A stretch of DNA of 64,000 bases from an uncultured Alistipes sp. (GTDB lineage: Bacteria; Bacteroidota; Bacteroidia; Bacteroidales; Rikenellaceae): NCBI GenBank assembly GCA_945494785.1, contig CALYVN010000001.1:14091-78090 (forward strand), written 5' to 3'. Position 1 is the first letter of the stretch. Every line of letters starts with the position of its first letter. The position numbers and the translations under genes are program-made. Under the pieces are notes generated by a model. It searched no databases. It was not told the origin of the DNA and saw nothing but the letters and a program-made list of their open reading frames with translations. This document shows, piece by piece, positions 37,316 to 47,116 of this stretch.

Positions 37316-38302
37316 CTACTCTATTGCGCTCCAATTAACGATTGCACTCATACCCGGCCGCAGACCGGAGACCGCATCGGTTGGTTTCATCTTTACGGCA
37401 AAGGTGCGTATGTCGAAACTGCCTTGCGTGCGCGTGGCGTTCCAAGTGGCGAAATCGGCCTGAACGGCGATGTAACTCACTTCGAGTGTTATGTTCTTGT
37501 CCAGAGCCGGAATATATGCCTCTATGCTCTTGCCAATCTCTATTTTCGGGAGCATGGTCTCTTTGATGTTGAAGGTAATCCAAGCATCGTTCAAATCGAG
37601 AATCGTTACGACGGGATAACCGCTGCCGACCAATTCGCCCTCCTCGGAGATAATCGAGGATATTTCGCCCGCAACAGGCGAATATATCATGGCATCGCCG
37701 AGATAGGCCTCGACCTCCTTAACCACGCCCTGCGCTTGTCGTACTTGGGCGGCAGCAGCAGCCTTTTCCTCCTTACGTGCGCCTTCCAACGCCATGCGGT
37801 ATTGGGAATGGGCTGCATTCTCGGTGGCAACCATGGCGTCGTAGTTGGCTTTGGCCTCATCCAATTTTTGTGCCGGCACGACACCATCGCGATAGAGATT
37901 CTGCACGCGCTCATAGGTCTTTTTTGCCAACTCCTTGCCAGTTTGAGCCTTCTGCCACATATTCAGTGCCGACTCTATCTGTTGCGAGCGGGCACCTGCC
38001 ACAGCCTTGTCGTCCAAAGCCTTTGCCGCACTGCGTACAGCCTCGGCCTGTTGGAGTTTGGCATCGAGTTCGGGCGTGGAGAGCGTATAGAGCAACCGGC
38101 CCTTCTCGACCACTTCGCCCTGCTTCACCTTCATTGCGTCGATACGACCCGCTATTTTCGAGGATGCCTTGTAGGAGGTACATTCGACAGTACCCTGAAT
38201 CAACACGGGCTCGCTTTTGACGAGATACCATCCCAAAGCGATTATCGCAATGACGATAACGAGGATGGCGGAAAGAATACCGAAAACATTTATCTTTTTC
38301 AT
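37316..38302 (-). CDS. HlyD-family membrane fusion (periplasmic adaptor) protein
   Basis: 328 aa. N-terminal TM, biotinyl-lipoyl-like hairpin (GEVVEKGRLLYTL), coiled-coil segment, and beta-barrel tail (GMSAIV). Confidence 0.85.
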   Translation of the reverse strand: MKKINVFGILSAILVIVIAIIALGWYLVKSEPVLIQGTVECTSYKASSKIAGRIDAMKVKQGEVVEKGRLLYTLSTPELDAKLQQAEAVRSAAKALDDKAVAGARSQQIESALNMWQKAQTGKELAKKTYERVQNLYRDGVVPAQKLDEAKANYDAMVATENAAHSQYRMALEGARKEEKAAAAAQVRQAQGVVKEVEAYLGDAMIYSPVAGEISSIISEEGELVGSGYPVVTILDLNDAWITFNIKETMLPKIEIGKSIEAYIPALDKNITLEVSYIAVQADFATWNATRTQGSFDIRTFAVKMKPTDAVSGLRPGMSAIVNWSAIE

Positions 38303-38315
38303 AGCATAATTGATA

Positions 38316-39785
38316 TTATCGTTGCGAGTAAGTTATATGACGGACAGAGGCACTGCGCGAACAATTCAAAAACTCTTCGCTGATGCCGGCCGCTTCGAGC
38401 AGTTTGGCAAAATACAAATCGAAATTGTATGCCGCCTGCATCCGTTCGATTCTGACTTTGGCGAGGTTCAGTTCGGCATCCACCAACTCGGTCGCCGTAC
38501 CGATGCCGGCGATGTATGCCGCATTTTTGGCACGCAGATACTCTTCGGCAAATGCGATTGATGCCTCGATTGAGGCGATTTGGTTGCGGTAGTTGAGCAT
38601 TTTATTGTAGAGGCTCTCAATCAATACCGCAATATCCTTCTCCGCCTTCGTCTGCATCGATTCCACACGACGCACCGTGTTCTTTGCCGCCGCATATTTG
38701 TATTCGCGATTCAGGCCGTCGAAAATTTTGAAGTTGAAGCCCACTCCGACAGCCCAACGCGGCAGAATGCCGGTAACCTGATAGTTATAGAAGGTGCCGC
38801 CTCCGATTGCCACAATCTGCGGCATAAAGTCGGCGCGATGAACATTGGCGTTCTGCTTCGCCAACTGCCGTTTCAGACCGATTTGATTGAGCAACGGGTT
38901 GTTGTCCTCCGCAATGCCGCGATAATATGCCAACGGCTCGATTTCGTCCAGCACGAACATCGCCGTAACGGGCGTTGCCACGGCATCGATGCCGAGCGTA
39001 TTGCACAGAGCATTGCCGATGGTCTCGGCCTGCAATTGCGCATTGAGCAGTTCGCGTTGTGCTTCGGCATATTTGTATTCGACATAGAGCCGCTCGGTCG
39101 AAGCCACCATGCCGTTGCGTTCGAGCGACTTGATATCGTGCAGATGCTGTTCCATGCCTGCCACGACCTGCTTGCGGACATCAACCGCATTCAGAGCCAA
39201 AGCATAACCGAAATATCGCTCGACAATCTCCGACATCAGGGCATTGCGCTGTTGTTCGCCCTGTGCCTGTACGCTCTTTTCGTTCAACTTCGCCGCCTTG
39301 TTGGCTGCAATGATTTTACCGCCCATGAAGATAGGCATCTGCACATCGCCGCCTATAAAGCCGAAACTGCGGTTTTGAAGCGTATAAGCCCAATCCAAAC
39401 CGAGCAACGCATTCAAGCCGCCCTGCAACTTCGGCAACATTTGCTGTATCGTCGGATTGCCCGCAAGGCTCGGGTCCTGCATAATCTGCCCGATTACGTT
39501 GCCGACACCGTCTTTGACTGCGCCTTTGGCATGATTCAAATCTATTGCCATATCATCGCCGAGATAGGAGTAGGCCCCTTTGACGCTGATTTTCGGCATA
39601 TAAAGCCCTATTGCCGCCTGTCGTTCGCGTTTGGCGGCCTTCTCCTCGTATTCCAACGCCTTCAACGTCGGATTGTTCGTCATGGTGAGATTGACAGCCT
39701 CTTCCAGCGAGATTGTACTGTCCGTATTCTGAGCCGACAAACCGACCGACGACAGCAGCGAGAGTATCAATAAAAACTTTTTCAT
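38316..39785 (-). CDS. TolC-family outer-membrane efflux protein
   Basis: 489 aa with a signal peptide and two OEP-type repeats (LSLEEAVNLTMTNNPTLKA...; coiled repeats). Confidence 0.85.
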   Translation of the reverse strand: MKKFLLILSLLSSVGLSAQNTDSTISLEEAVNLTMTNNPTLKALEYEEKAAKRERQAAIGLYMPKISVKGAYSYLGDDMAIDLNHAKGAVKDGVGNVIGQIMQDPSLAGNPTIQQMLPKLQGGLNALLGLDWAYTLQNRSFGFIGGDVQMPIFMGGKIIAANKAAKLNEKSVQAQGEQQRNALMSEIVERYFGYALALNAVDVRKQVVAGMEQHLHDIKSLERNGMVASTERLYVEYKYAEAQRELLNAQLQAETIGNALCNTLGIDAVATPVTAMFVLDEIEPLAYYRGIAEDNNPLLNQIGLKRQLAKQNANVHRADFMPQIVAIGGGTFYNYQVTGILPRWAVGVGFNFKIFDGLNREYKYAAAKNTVRRVESMQTKAEKDIAVLIESLYNKMLNYRNQIASIEASIAFAEEYLRAKNAAYIAGIGTATELVDAELNLAKVRIERMQAAYNFDLYFAKLLEAAGISEEFLNCSRSASVRHITYSQR

Positions 39786-39822
39786 CTTTCGCTCAATTAT
39801 TATCCTTTATTATCTTTCAATG

Positions 39823-39830
39823 CAAAGATA
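39823..39830 (-). promoter_or_regulatory. -7 promoter box (TATCTTTG) upstream of the tolC-hlyD-ABC2-ABC2 operon
   Basis: The plus strand reads caaagata, 37 nt upstream of the ATG at 39785. Confidence 0.5.
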
Positions 39831-39843
39831 TATCAAAAATCGT

Positions 39844-41028
39844 TCAATGTTGCAATTCGATTAGCGTTATTTCTGGTTTTGCTCCTATTCTGATATAAAA
39901 TCCCACACTGCCTATGCCGTCGTTGATGTAGAGACGGTGTTCGTCGTCGCCGTAAAGTCCGCTCCACTCGCGATACATCAACATCGCGGGCGAGAGACTC
40001 AATCCGCCACACTCCGCTTTCAGTTGTCCTGCGTGGATATGTCCCGCCAATGTCAGATTGCCGTAACCCGCAGCCGTTATCGTCTGCCACAACTGCGGCA
40101 GATGGCTGACGGTGATGTTGAACAGCGAATCGGGCATCGAGGCATAGGCTCGGCTCACGTCGCAATCGCCCTCCTCGAATGCGAACTTGTAGCGCAACTC
40201 GAGCAACCGCTCCGAAAAATCGATACCCGTTACGGCAATCGAATCCTGCCCCCGACGAATATATGCGGTACTGTCGCGCAACAACTGCCAACCCATATCG
40301 TGCATCGCCGAACAAACGCGCCCGACATTCTCTTGGCGAGACAGGGCAACGGTATCTTTGATATAGATACCCATATCGTGGTTGCCCAATACCGCTGCCA
40401 CACCGTCGGTTGCCCGAATACGGCCGAGAATCGTCCGGATACGGTCGTCGATTTCCGAATGGCGTATATGTGCCAAATCGCCGCCGAACACCACCAAATC
40501 GGGATGCAGCGAATTGAGCGAATCGACAATCTCGGTACAGAATTGCGGAGCGTCGGTCATGGCCCCTATATGCAAATCGCTGATGAATGCTATGCGGTAG
40601 CCGTCGAACGATGCGGGCAGAGTGCGATATTCGAGGTTTACACGCCGCACGACCAAATCGGTACGGGTCTTGGCGAATCCGACCATCAACACCCCGAATG
40701 CCGCCACCGACAAGGCAACGGTAAGGGTGCGTACAATCCGACGCGCTATCAACAGCCCGAGATACAGCACCATGCGGGGAGGAACGACTATCAAATAGAG
40801 CGTAGCGACCCACATGGCTACATCGGAGAAACATTGCGTGTTATCAAATAAAAAGAGACCTCTCGACAATGCAATCACCAACAAAGGCAACATATCCGTT
40901 ACGGCACAGACCGCAATGGTCGCCATGCGCAACGGAGCATTGGCACAACGGCCCACGAAACGGCGGTAGGCATAGACATCCAAGAGAATCGCTCCGCCAA
41001 ACAGAATAAGGCATATCGCTATAATCAT
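39844..41028 (-). CDS. Membrane-anchored metallophosphoesterase (calcineurin-like, YkuE-like)
   Basis: 394 aa. About 4 N-terminal TMs, then FISDLHIG, VFGGDL, LGNHD and GHIHAGQ. Confidence 0.8.
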   Translation of the reverse strand: MIIAICLILFGGAILLDVYAYRRFVGRCANAPLRMATIAVCAVTDMLPLLVIALSRGLFLFDNTQCFSDVAMWVATLYLIVVPPRMVLYLGLLIARRIVRTLTVALSVAAFGVLMVGFAKTRTDLVVRRVNLEYRTLPASFDGYRIAFISDLHIGAMTDAPQFCTEIVDSLNSLHPDLVVFGGDLAHIRHSEIDDRIRTILGRIRATDGVAAVLGNHDMGIYIKDTVALSRQENVGRVCSAMHDMGWQLLRDSTAYIRRGQDSIAVTGIDFSERLLELRYKFAFEEGDCDVSRAYASMPDSLFNITVSHLPQLWQTITAAGYGNLTLAGHIHAGQLKAECGGLSLSPAMLMYREWSGLYGDDEHRLYINDGIGSVGFYIRIGAKPEITLIELQH

Positions 41029-41032
41029 GGTG

Positions 41033-41040
41033 CAAATATA
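41033..41040 (-). promoter_or_regulatory. -7 promoter box (TATATTTG) 4 nt upstream of the metallophosphoesterase ATG
   Basis: The minus strand reads TATATTTG-CACC-ATG. Confidence 0.4.
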
Positions 41041-41103
41041 TGAAATATGCGGGAAAGTGCAGGTAATTTATACCCCGCCGAACATCACCGGCAGATTTTT
41101 TGC

Positions 41104-41111
41104 TATATTTG
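41104..41111 (+). promoter_or_regulatory. -7 promoter box (TATATTTG) upstream of the DUF4491 gene
   Basis: tatatttg lies 25 nt upstream of the ATG at 41137. Confidence 0.5.
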
Positions 41112-41136
41112 TCCTTCGTAACGAAGGCTGGATATT

Positions 41137-41427
41137 ATGGAGTTGCATTTTACGGGCGCAATTATCGGCGTCGCCACATTTTTGATTATCGGAATCTTTC
41201 ACCCGCTTGTCATTAAAGGCGAGTACTATTTCGGCGTGAAATTATGGTGGGTCTTCCTGTTGATGGGAATAGCGGCCACAACGGCATCGCTGCTTATCGG
41301 CGATGTACTCGTTTCGACACTGCTTGCCGTATGCGGAGCATCGTCGTTTTGGAGCATTGGCGAGTTGTTTCAGCAACGCAAACGGGTCGAAAAGGGTTGG
41401 TTTCCGAAACGGGAAAAGAGGAGATAG
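41137..41427 (+). CDS. Small membrane protein (DUF4491-like)
   Basis: 96 aa with three hydrophobic helices. MELHFTGAIIGVATFLIIGIFHPLVIKGEYYFG resembles Bacteroidales DUF4491 proteins, from memory. Confidence 0.6.
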   Translation: MELHFTGAIIGVATFLIIGIFHPLVIKGEYYFGVKLWWVFLLMGIAATTASLLIGDVLVSTLLAVCGASSFWSIGELFQQRKRVEKGWFPKREKRR

Positions 41428-41428
41428 A

Positions 41429-42472
41429 ATGCGAAGGGTCTGCGCTCTGTTACTGCTTGCATTGGTCGGTTGCAGATGCACGAATCGGATTGAGCCGGTT
41501 GCGGAACAACCCGATTCGGTGCTGTGTCGCCATGCGCGGATTGTCTTCATAGGCGATGTTATGGCGCATCTGCCTCAGGTGGCTCGGGCGTATACGGGTT
41601 CGGGGTACGATTTCGCGCCGACATTCAGATATGTGGTGCAGATGCTCGGCGATGCCGATTTGGCGGTTGCCAACCTCGAAACCACCCTCTCCGACACTCC
41701 GCCATACACCGGTTATCCGCAATTCCGCTCACCTGCCGAGATTGCCGATGCACTGAAAGGCGCGGGAATAGATGTGGCAGTATTGGCAAACAACCACGTT
41801 TTGGATTATGGCGCAGAGGGTGTAAGACGGACGATAGGCATTCTGGACAGGCACGACATAGCGCATACGGGTACCTTTGCCGACAGTACCGACTATGCAG
41901 CCAACAATCCGTTGCGCTTGGAGCGAAACGGCATCCGCATAGCCATTCTCAACTACACCTACGGCACCAACGGCATCCCTGCACGCGGGGGTGTTGTCGT
42001 AAACCGCATAGATACGACAGCCATCAAGCGCGACATTGCGCAAGCCGCAGATACCGATTGTATCATCGCCTATATGCATTGGGGCGATGAATATAGGCGG
42101 CAGGCGACAGAGGCGCAGAGACATTTGGCGGCATTTCTGCATCGTAACGGCGTGGATGTAGTCGTCGGCTCGCATCCGCACGTCGTACAACCTTGCGAGT
42201 GCGATCGGCAAGGCAGCACACTCTATTCGCTCGGCAATTTCGTCTCCAACCAACGCCGTCGGTATTGCGATGGCGGAGCGATTGCGACGCTCGATGTCGT
42301 CTGTCATGGCGACAGCACCGCACACACGCTTGCCATAACTCCCGCATGGGTCAGACAGAGCGACTATGCCGTAATTCCGCAACATGTGGGCGACACGCTG
42401 GCGATGAGTGTGGGCGACCGAGCAACCTACGGCGTATGTATGTCAGATGCAGCCGCCATACTCGGGCAATAA
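41429..42472 (+). CDS. CapA-family (PGA_cap) metallophosphatase-like lipoprotein
   Basis: The start is set at MRRVCALLLLALVGC (lipobox), 1 nt after the upstream stop. Motifs: FIGDVMAH, ANLETTL, LANNHVLDYG, HWGDEY, GSHPHVVQP. Confidence 0.75.
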   Translation: MRRVCALLLLALVGCRCTNRIEPVAEQPDSVLCRHARIVFIGDVMAHLPQVARAYTGSGYDFAPTFRYVVQMLGDADLAVANLETTLSDTPPYTGYPQFRSPAEIADALKGAGIDVAVLANNHVLDYGAEGVRRTIGILDRHDIAHTGTFADSTDYAANNPLRLERNGIRIAILNYTYGTNGIPARGGVVVNRIDTTAIKRDIAQAADTDCIIAYMHWGDEYRRQATEAQRHLAAFLHRNGVDVVVGSHPHVVQPCECDRQGSTLYSLGNFVSNQRRRYCDGGAIATLDVVCHGDSTAHTLAITPAWVRQSDYAVIPQHVGDTLAMSVGDRATYGVCMSDAAAILGQ

Positions 42473-42543
42473 TTTTTTTTTGAAAATCTTTTTTAACTTT
42501 TTTTCGGCAAACATATCTATATTAACGAAACCGGTTGTAAACA

Positions 42544-43128
42544 ATGACACACGAGGATTGCAAATCCGATACGATAATCCTTTTGAGGTCGGCCAATCCT
42601 GCTGCGGCATTCGACGAAATCATCGACAGATACAACGAGAGGTTGTATTGGCACATAAGGCGAATTGTTGTGTTGCATGAAGAGGCGGAGGATGTGTTGC
42701 AGGATACATTTGTCGCGGCATATACCAATATCGGCAATTTTCGTGGCGAAAACGAAGGTTCTTTGGTCGGTTGGCTCTATAAGATAGCGACCAATTTGAG
42801 CATAAAGGCGTTGAAAAGGCGCAAACGGGGCATATTTACATCGGTCGATTCGCTGCGCGGCGAGTTGATGTCGAGACTCGACAACGAGTTGTCGCCGTCG
42901 GCAGATGAGATTGCGGTAAGGTTGCAACGGGCAGTAACGGCATTGCCGATGAAACAGAAACTCGTCTTCAACATGCGCTATTTCGACGAGATGCCGTTCG
43001 AGCAGATTGCACAGGCAACAGGCCAAAGCGTCTCTGCACTGAAAACGAATTACCACTATGCGGTGGCAAAAGTAAAACAAGAGGTAGCAACGATAAAATA
43101 TAATGAATATGAAACAGATGCCATATAA
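42544..43128 (+). CDS. ECF-type RNA polymerase sigma-70 factor
   Basis: 194 aa. Region 2 (EAEDVLQDTFVAAY...WLYKIATN) and region 4 (MRYFDEMPFEQIAQATGQSVSALKTNYHYA). Confidence 0.9.
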   Translation: MTHEDCKSDTIILLRSANPAAAFDEIIDRYNERLYWHIRRIVVLHEEAEDVLQDTFVAAYTNIGNFRGENEGSLVGWLYKIATNLSIKALKRRKRGIFTSVDSLRGELMSRLDNELSPSADEIAVRLQRAVTALPMKQKLVFNMRYFDEMPFEQIAQATGQSVSALKTNYHYAVAKVKQEVATIKYNEYETDAI

Positions 43129-43417
43129 AACACCGGACGGATTTTTTGAGTTGTCGCGCATGCGCAATCGTGCCGCCGTGCATCGTGCAGTAGCAGGGAG
43201 TGCGACAAAGCGGCACAAAGCGGGAGCGCGTTGGGCGATTTCGATTGCTGCAACTACGGCGTGTCTGGCAATAGGCATAATCGGCTATTGGCAGATGAAC
43301 GAAAACGGCGATCCGATGGCGCAGTTGATAGCCCAAATGGAGCATGCGCCCGAAGATGTGATTTACGAAATGTCGGCAGACGAGGTCTATTATCCCGAAG
43401 ACATCAACCTGCTGTAA
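43103..43417 (+). CDS. Hypothetical single-pass membrane protein, candidate anti-sigma factor
   Basis: 104 aa. It overlaps the sigma gene end by 26 nt and has one TM (WAISIAATTACLAIGIIGYW). No recognisable zinc-finger anti-sigma motif. Confidence 0.45.
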   Translation: MNMKQMPYKTPDGFFELSRMRNRAAVHRAVAGSATKRHKAGARWAISIAATTACLAIGIIGYWQMNENGDPMAQLIAQMEHAPEDVIYEMSADEVYYPEDINLL

Positions 43418-43466
43418 AACTTGATATACGAATAAAACCTTTTGTTTAACTAAAACTCATAACACT

Positions 43467-43916
43467 ATGAAAAAACTGATTTTGGCAGTCGTATTCGTAT
43501 TGACTGCAATGGTTAGCCAGAATGTTTTTGCACAGGATGCGAAAGCCAACAAGGAAGCCGAAAAGGCAAAGCGCGAGCAGTTGATGCAGACCCGTCTGGA
43601 TATGCTCAAAACGGAACTCAATCTGACGGACGAGCAGTTCGCCAAATTCGAGCCTGTATATCGCGCATACCGCAAGGAGATGTCGCGCGTGGTGGATAAC
43701 AAGATCGTGCGTGTAAAGAAAGATGAATTAACCAACGACAATGCACTGAAAGTCATCAATGCACGTTTGTCGAACAACATCAACGCATCATCGCTCAAAC
43801 AGCGTTACCTCTTCTCGTTTGCCGAGGTTATCGAGCCTTTGCAGATAGAGAAACTCTACCGCATTGACGAGCGCATCGCCAAGGAGGCACGCAAAGTCGT
43901 ACAATACAAGAAGTAA
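43467..43916 (+). CDS. Periplasmic helical protein with LTXXQ motif (Spy/CpxP-like)
   Basis: 149 aa. Signal peptide, Lys/Glu-rich helices, and LNLTDEQFAKF (LTXXQ). Confidence 0.55.
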   Translation: MKKLILAVVFVLTAMVSQNVFAQDAKANKEAEKAKREQLMQTRLDMLKTELNLTDEQFAKFEPVYRAYRKEMSRVVDNKIVRVKKDELTNDNALKVINARLSNNINASSLKQRYLFSFAEVIEPLQIEKLYRIDERIAKEARKVVQYKK

Positions 43917-43941
43917 CTACTTTGGTTTGTATTTATTGAGG

Positions 43942-43975
43942 GGCAGGCGAATCCGCAAGGGTTCGTCTGCTTTTT
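43942..43975 (+). terminator. Intrinsic terminator after the LTXXQ gene
   Basis: Stem gcaggcgaatcc / gggttcgtctgc (with G-U pairs) closed by a GCAA tetraloop, followed by tttttt. Confidence 0.75.
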
Positions 43976-44018
43976 TATCGTCTATTGCCGTTTTTAATTA
44001 AGGTATCGATATTTTTAG

Positions 44019-44026
44019 TATATTTG
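44019..44026 (+). promoter_or_regulatory. -7 promoter box (TATATTTG) upstream of ettA
   Basis: tatatttg lies 32 nt upstream of the ATG at 44059. Confidence 0.5.
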
Positions 44027-44058
44027 CGGGCATTTGCAAATTCAAGAAACAACAATAT

Positions 44059-45732
44059 ATGGCAGACGAAAAAATCATCTTTTCGATGGTGGGCGTATCG
44101 AAGACGTTTACCAATCAGAAAAAGGTACTCAACAACATCTACCTATCCTTCTTTTATGGCGCGAAAATCGGCATCATCGGTCTGAACGGTGCCGGCAAAT
44201 CGACACTGATGAAGATTATAGCGGGCATCGACAAGAATTACGACGGCGAGGTCGTATTTTCGCCGGGTTATACGGTCGGCTATCTCGAACAGGAACCGAA
44301 ACTCGACAACGACAAGACCGTCAAAGAGGTTGTCGAAGAGGGCTGTGCCGAGACGGTTGCCCTGCTCAAAGAGTACGAGGAGATAAACCTCAAACTTTGC
44401 GAGCCGATGGATGACGACGCCATGAACCGCCTTATCGAACGGCAGGGCGAGTTGTACGAGAAAATCGACCATGTGAACGGCTGGGAGATTGACAGCGTGT
44501 TGGAACGCGCCATGGATGCCTTGCGCTGTCCCGACCCCGACCAAAAGGTTGCGGTATTGTCGGGTGGCGAGCGTCGCCGTGTGGCATTGTGCCGTCTGCT
44601 GTTGCAGCAGCCCGACGTGCTGTTGTTGGACGAGCCGACCAACCACCTCGACGCCGAGAGTATCGATTGGCTCGAACAGCACCTGCAACAATACAAAGGT
44701 ACGGTCATAGCGGTAACGCACGACCGTTACTTCCTCGACAATGTAGCAGGTTGGATTTTGGAACTCGATCGTGGCGAAGGCATTCCGTGGAAGGGCAACT
44801 ATTCGGGTTGGCTCGACCAAAAAACCAAGCGCATGGCATTGGAAGAGAAGCAGGAGAGCAAACGCCGCAAGACTTTGGAGCGGGAGTTGGAGTGGGTAAA
44901 TATGTCGCCTGCGGGTCGCCATGCCAAGAGCAAGGCGCGTCTGTCGGCGTACGACAAGATGCTCAACGAAGATACCAAGCAGAAGGAGGAGAAACTCGAA
45001 ATCTATATCCCCAACGGTCCGCGTTTGGGCGATGTCGTCATCGAGGCAAACGATGTATCGAAGGCGTTTGGCGACCGTGTGTTGTACGAACATCTCGATT
45101 TCAAACTGCCGCCTGCCGGTATCGTCGGAGTGATTGGACCGAACGGAACGGGCAAAACTACCCTGTTTCGGATGATTATGGGGTTGGAGCAACCGACGAG
45201 CGGTACGTTTACGGTCGGTAAAACCGTCAAGTTGGCCTATGTGGACCAACAGCACAAGTCGATAGACCCCGACAAGACCGTATATGAAGTAATTTCGCAG
45301 AACAGCGACCTTATAACGCTCGGCAATCGGCAAGTACCCGCTCGCGCCTATGTTGCCCGTTTCAACTTTACGGGTGCCGACCAAGAGAAGAAGTGCGGCA
45401 TGCTATCGGGTGGCGAGCGCAACCGACTGCATTTGGCAATGGCTCTCAAAGAGGAGGGCAACGTGATACTGCTCGACGAGCCGACGAACGACATCGACGT
45501 AAATACGTTGCGTGCATTGGAGGAGGGTTTGGAGAACTTTGCCGGCTGTGCCGTGGTAATCTCGCACGACCGTTGGTTCTTGGACCGTATCGCCACCCAC
45601 ATCCTCTCGTTCGAGGGCGATTCGAAGGTCGTCTTTTACGAAGGCTCCTACTCGGAGTACGAGGAGTGGAAACGCAATCAGGGCATCGACACTACCCCTC
45701 ATCGCGTAAAATACCGCAAACTGATGGAATAA
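44059..45732 (+). CDS. ettA: Energy-dependent translational throttle protein EttA (ABC-F ATPase)
   Basis: 557 aa. Two ABC cassettes (GLNGAGKST / LSGGERRR; GPNGTGKTT / LSGGERNR) and no TM domain. Confidence 0.95.
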   Translation: MADEKIIFSMVGVSKTFTNQKKVLNNIYLSFFYGAKIGIIGLNGAGKSTLMKIIAGIDKNYDGEVVFSPGYTVGYLEQEPKLDNDKTVKEVVEEGCAETVALLKEYEEINLKLCEPMDDDAMNRLIERQGELYEKIDHVNGWEIDSVLERAMDALRCPDPDQKVAVLSGGERRRVALCRLLLQQPDVLLLDEPTNHLDAESIDWLEQHLQQYKGTVIAVTHDRYFLDNVAGWILELDRGEGIPWKGNYSGWLDQKTKRMALEEKQESKRRKTLERELEWVNMSPAGRHAKSKARLSAYDKMLNEDTKQKEEKLEIYIPNGPRLGDVVIEANDVSKAFGDRVLYEHLDFKLPPAGIVGVIGPNGTGKTTLFRMIMGLEQPTSGTFTVGKTVKLAYVDQQHKSIDPDKTVYEVISQNSDLITLGNRQVPARAYVARFNFTGADQEKKCGMLSGGERNRLHLAMALKEEGNVILLDEPTNDIDVNTLRALEEGLENFAGCAVVISHDRWFLDRIATHILSFEGDSKVVFYEGSYSEYEEWKRNQGIDTTPHRVKYRKLME

Positions 45733-45751
45733 CACAAAACAACGACAATAT

Positions 45752-47098
45752 ATGGCTGTTCAAAAACCTTCAATACCCAAAGGTACGCGCGATTTCTCGC
45801 CTGCCGAGATGATGCGCCGCCAATACATATTCAACACCATAAGCAGCGTATTCCGTACCTACGGCTTCGCTCCGCTCGAAACGCCCGCAATGGAGAATCT
45901 CTCTACCCTGCTCGGCAAATACGGCGACGAGGGCGACAAACTGCTGTTTAAGATACTCAACTCGGGCGATTATGCTGCCGGTCTCGATGCAGAGGCACTG
46001 CGTTCGGCATCCAAAATCTGCGAGAAGGGTCTGCGCTACGATTTGACCGTGCCGTTCGCGCGTTACGTCGTACAGCACCAAGGCGAGATTGCATTCCCGT
46101 TCAAACGCTACCAGATTCAACCCGTGTGGCGTGCCGACCGTCCGCAAAAGGGTCGTTATCGCGAATTTTACCAATGCGATGTCGATGTCATCGGGTCGCG
46201 CTCGCTACTCAACGAGGTCGAACTGATAGGCATCGTCGAGGAGGTATTCAAACGGCTCGGCATCGGTGTAACGCTCAAAATCAACAACCGCAAGATATTG
46301 TACGGCATAGCCGAGATAATGGGTCATTCCGACAAAATGGTCGATATAACGGTGGCTATCGATAAACTCGAAAAGATAGGTATGGAGAATGTCAAAGCCG
46401 AATTGCGCGAACGCGGAATAGAGGACGAAGCCATTGCCAAACTTCAACCGATACTCGAACTCAAAGGCTCTACGGCCGAAAAGATAACCACTTTGCGTAA
46501 ACTACTCCTCTCGTCGCCAATGGGACAACTCGGCATCCACGAGATAAGCAGTGTATTCGATTATGTGGAGCGACAAGGCATCGCTTTGCCGATAGAACTC
46601 GATTTGTCGTTGGCTCGCGGATTGAACTACTATACGGGTGCCATTTTCGAGGTTAAGGCCAACGATTTTGCCATAGGCTCGATTTGCGGAGGCGGTCGTT
46701 ACGACAATCTCACGGGCATATTCGGCATGCCGGATGTGTCGGGTGTCGGCATTTCGTTCGGAGCCGACCGCATATACGACGTCATGGTGGGATTGAACCT
46801 CTTTCCGAGCGAGGTCGATTTTGCGACCAAGGCGTTGTTCGTCAATCTCGGCACGGAGGAGGAGGCTGTGGCACTTACGGCATTGAGGGCTGTACACAAC
46901 GCCGGCATATCTGCCGAAATCTACCCCGATGCGGGCAAGATGAAGAAGCAGATGGAATATGCCAACCGTCGCAACATCCCTTATGTGGTCATCATAGGCA
47001 GCAACGAGGTTGCCGAAGGCAGGGCTACCGTCAAGGATATGCGCAGCGGCGAGCAGTCGAGCGTACCGCTCGACAATATCGCGCAAGCATTGAGATAA
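45752..47098 (+). CDS. hisS: Histidine--tRNA ligase
   Basis: 448 aa with motifs [33 protein letters not shown]. Confidence 0.95.
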   Translation: MAVQKPSIPKGTRDFSPAEMMRRQYIFNTISSVFRTYGFAPLETPAMENLSTLLGKYGDEGDKLLFKILNSGDYAAGLDAEALRSASKICEKGLRYDLTVPFARYVVQHQGEIAFPFKRYQIQPVWRADRPQKGRYREFYQCDVDVIGSRSLLNEVELIGIVEEVFKRLGIGVTLKINNRKILYGIAEIMGHSDKMVDITVAIDKLEKIGMENVKAELRERGIEDEAIAKLQPILELKGSTAEKITTLRKLLLSSPMGQLGIHEISSVFDYVERQGIALPIELDLSLARGLNYYTGAIFEVKANDFAIGSICGGGRYDNLTGIFGMPDVSGVGISFGADRIYDVMVGLNLFPSEVDFATKALFVNLGTEEEAVALTALRAVHNAGISAEIYPDAGKMKKQMEYANRRNIPYVVIIGSNEVAEGRATVKDMRSGEQSSVPLDNIAQALR

Positions 47099-47116
47099 CA
47101 CAATACAATATCTTTT

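Noticed and set aside
44059-45732. EttA was considered as the missing ATPase for the ATPase-less ABC-2 efflux operon.
   Set aside because: It is a soluble ABC-F protein with two fused cassettes and the EttA arm/linker. It lies in an ettA-hisS-ctp gene string 4 kb away on the opposite strand. ABC-F proteins act on ribosomes, not on permeases.
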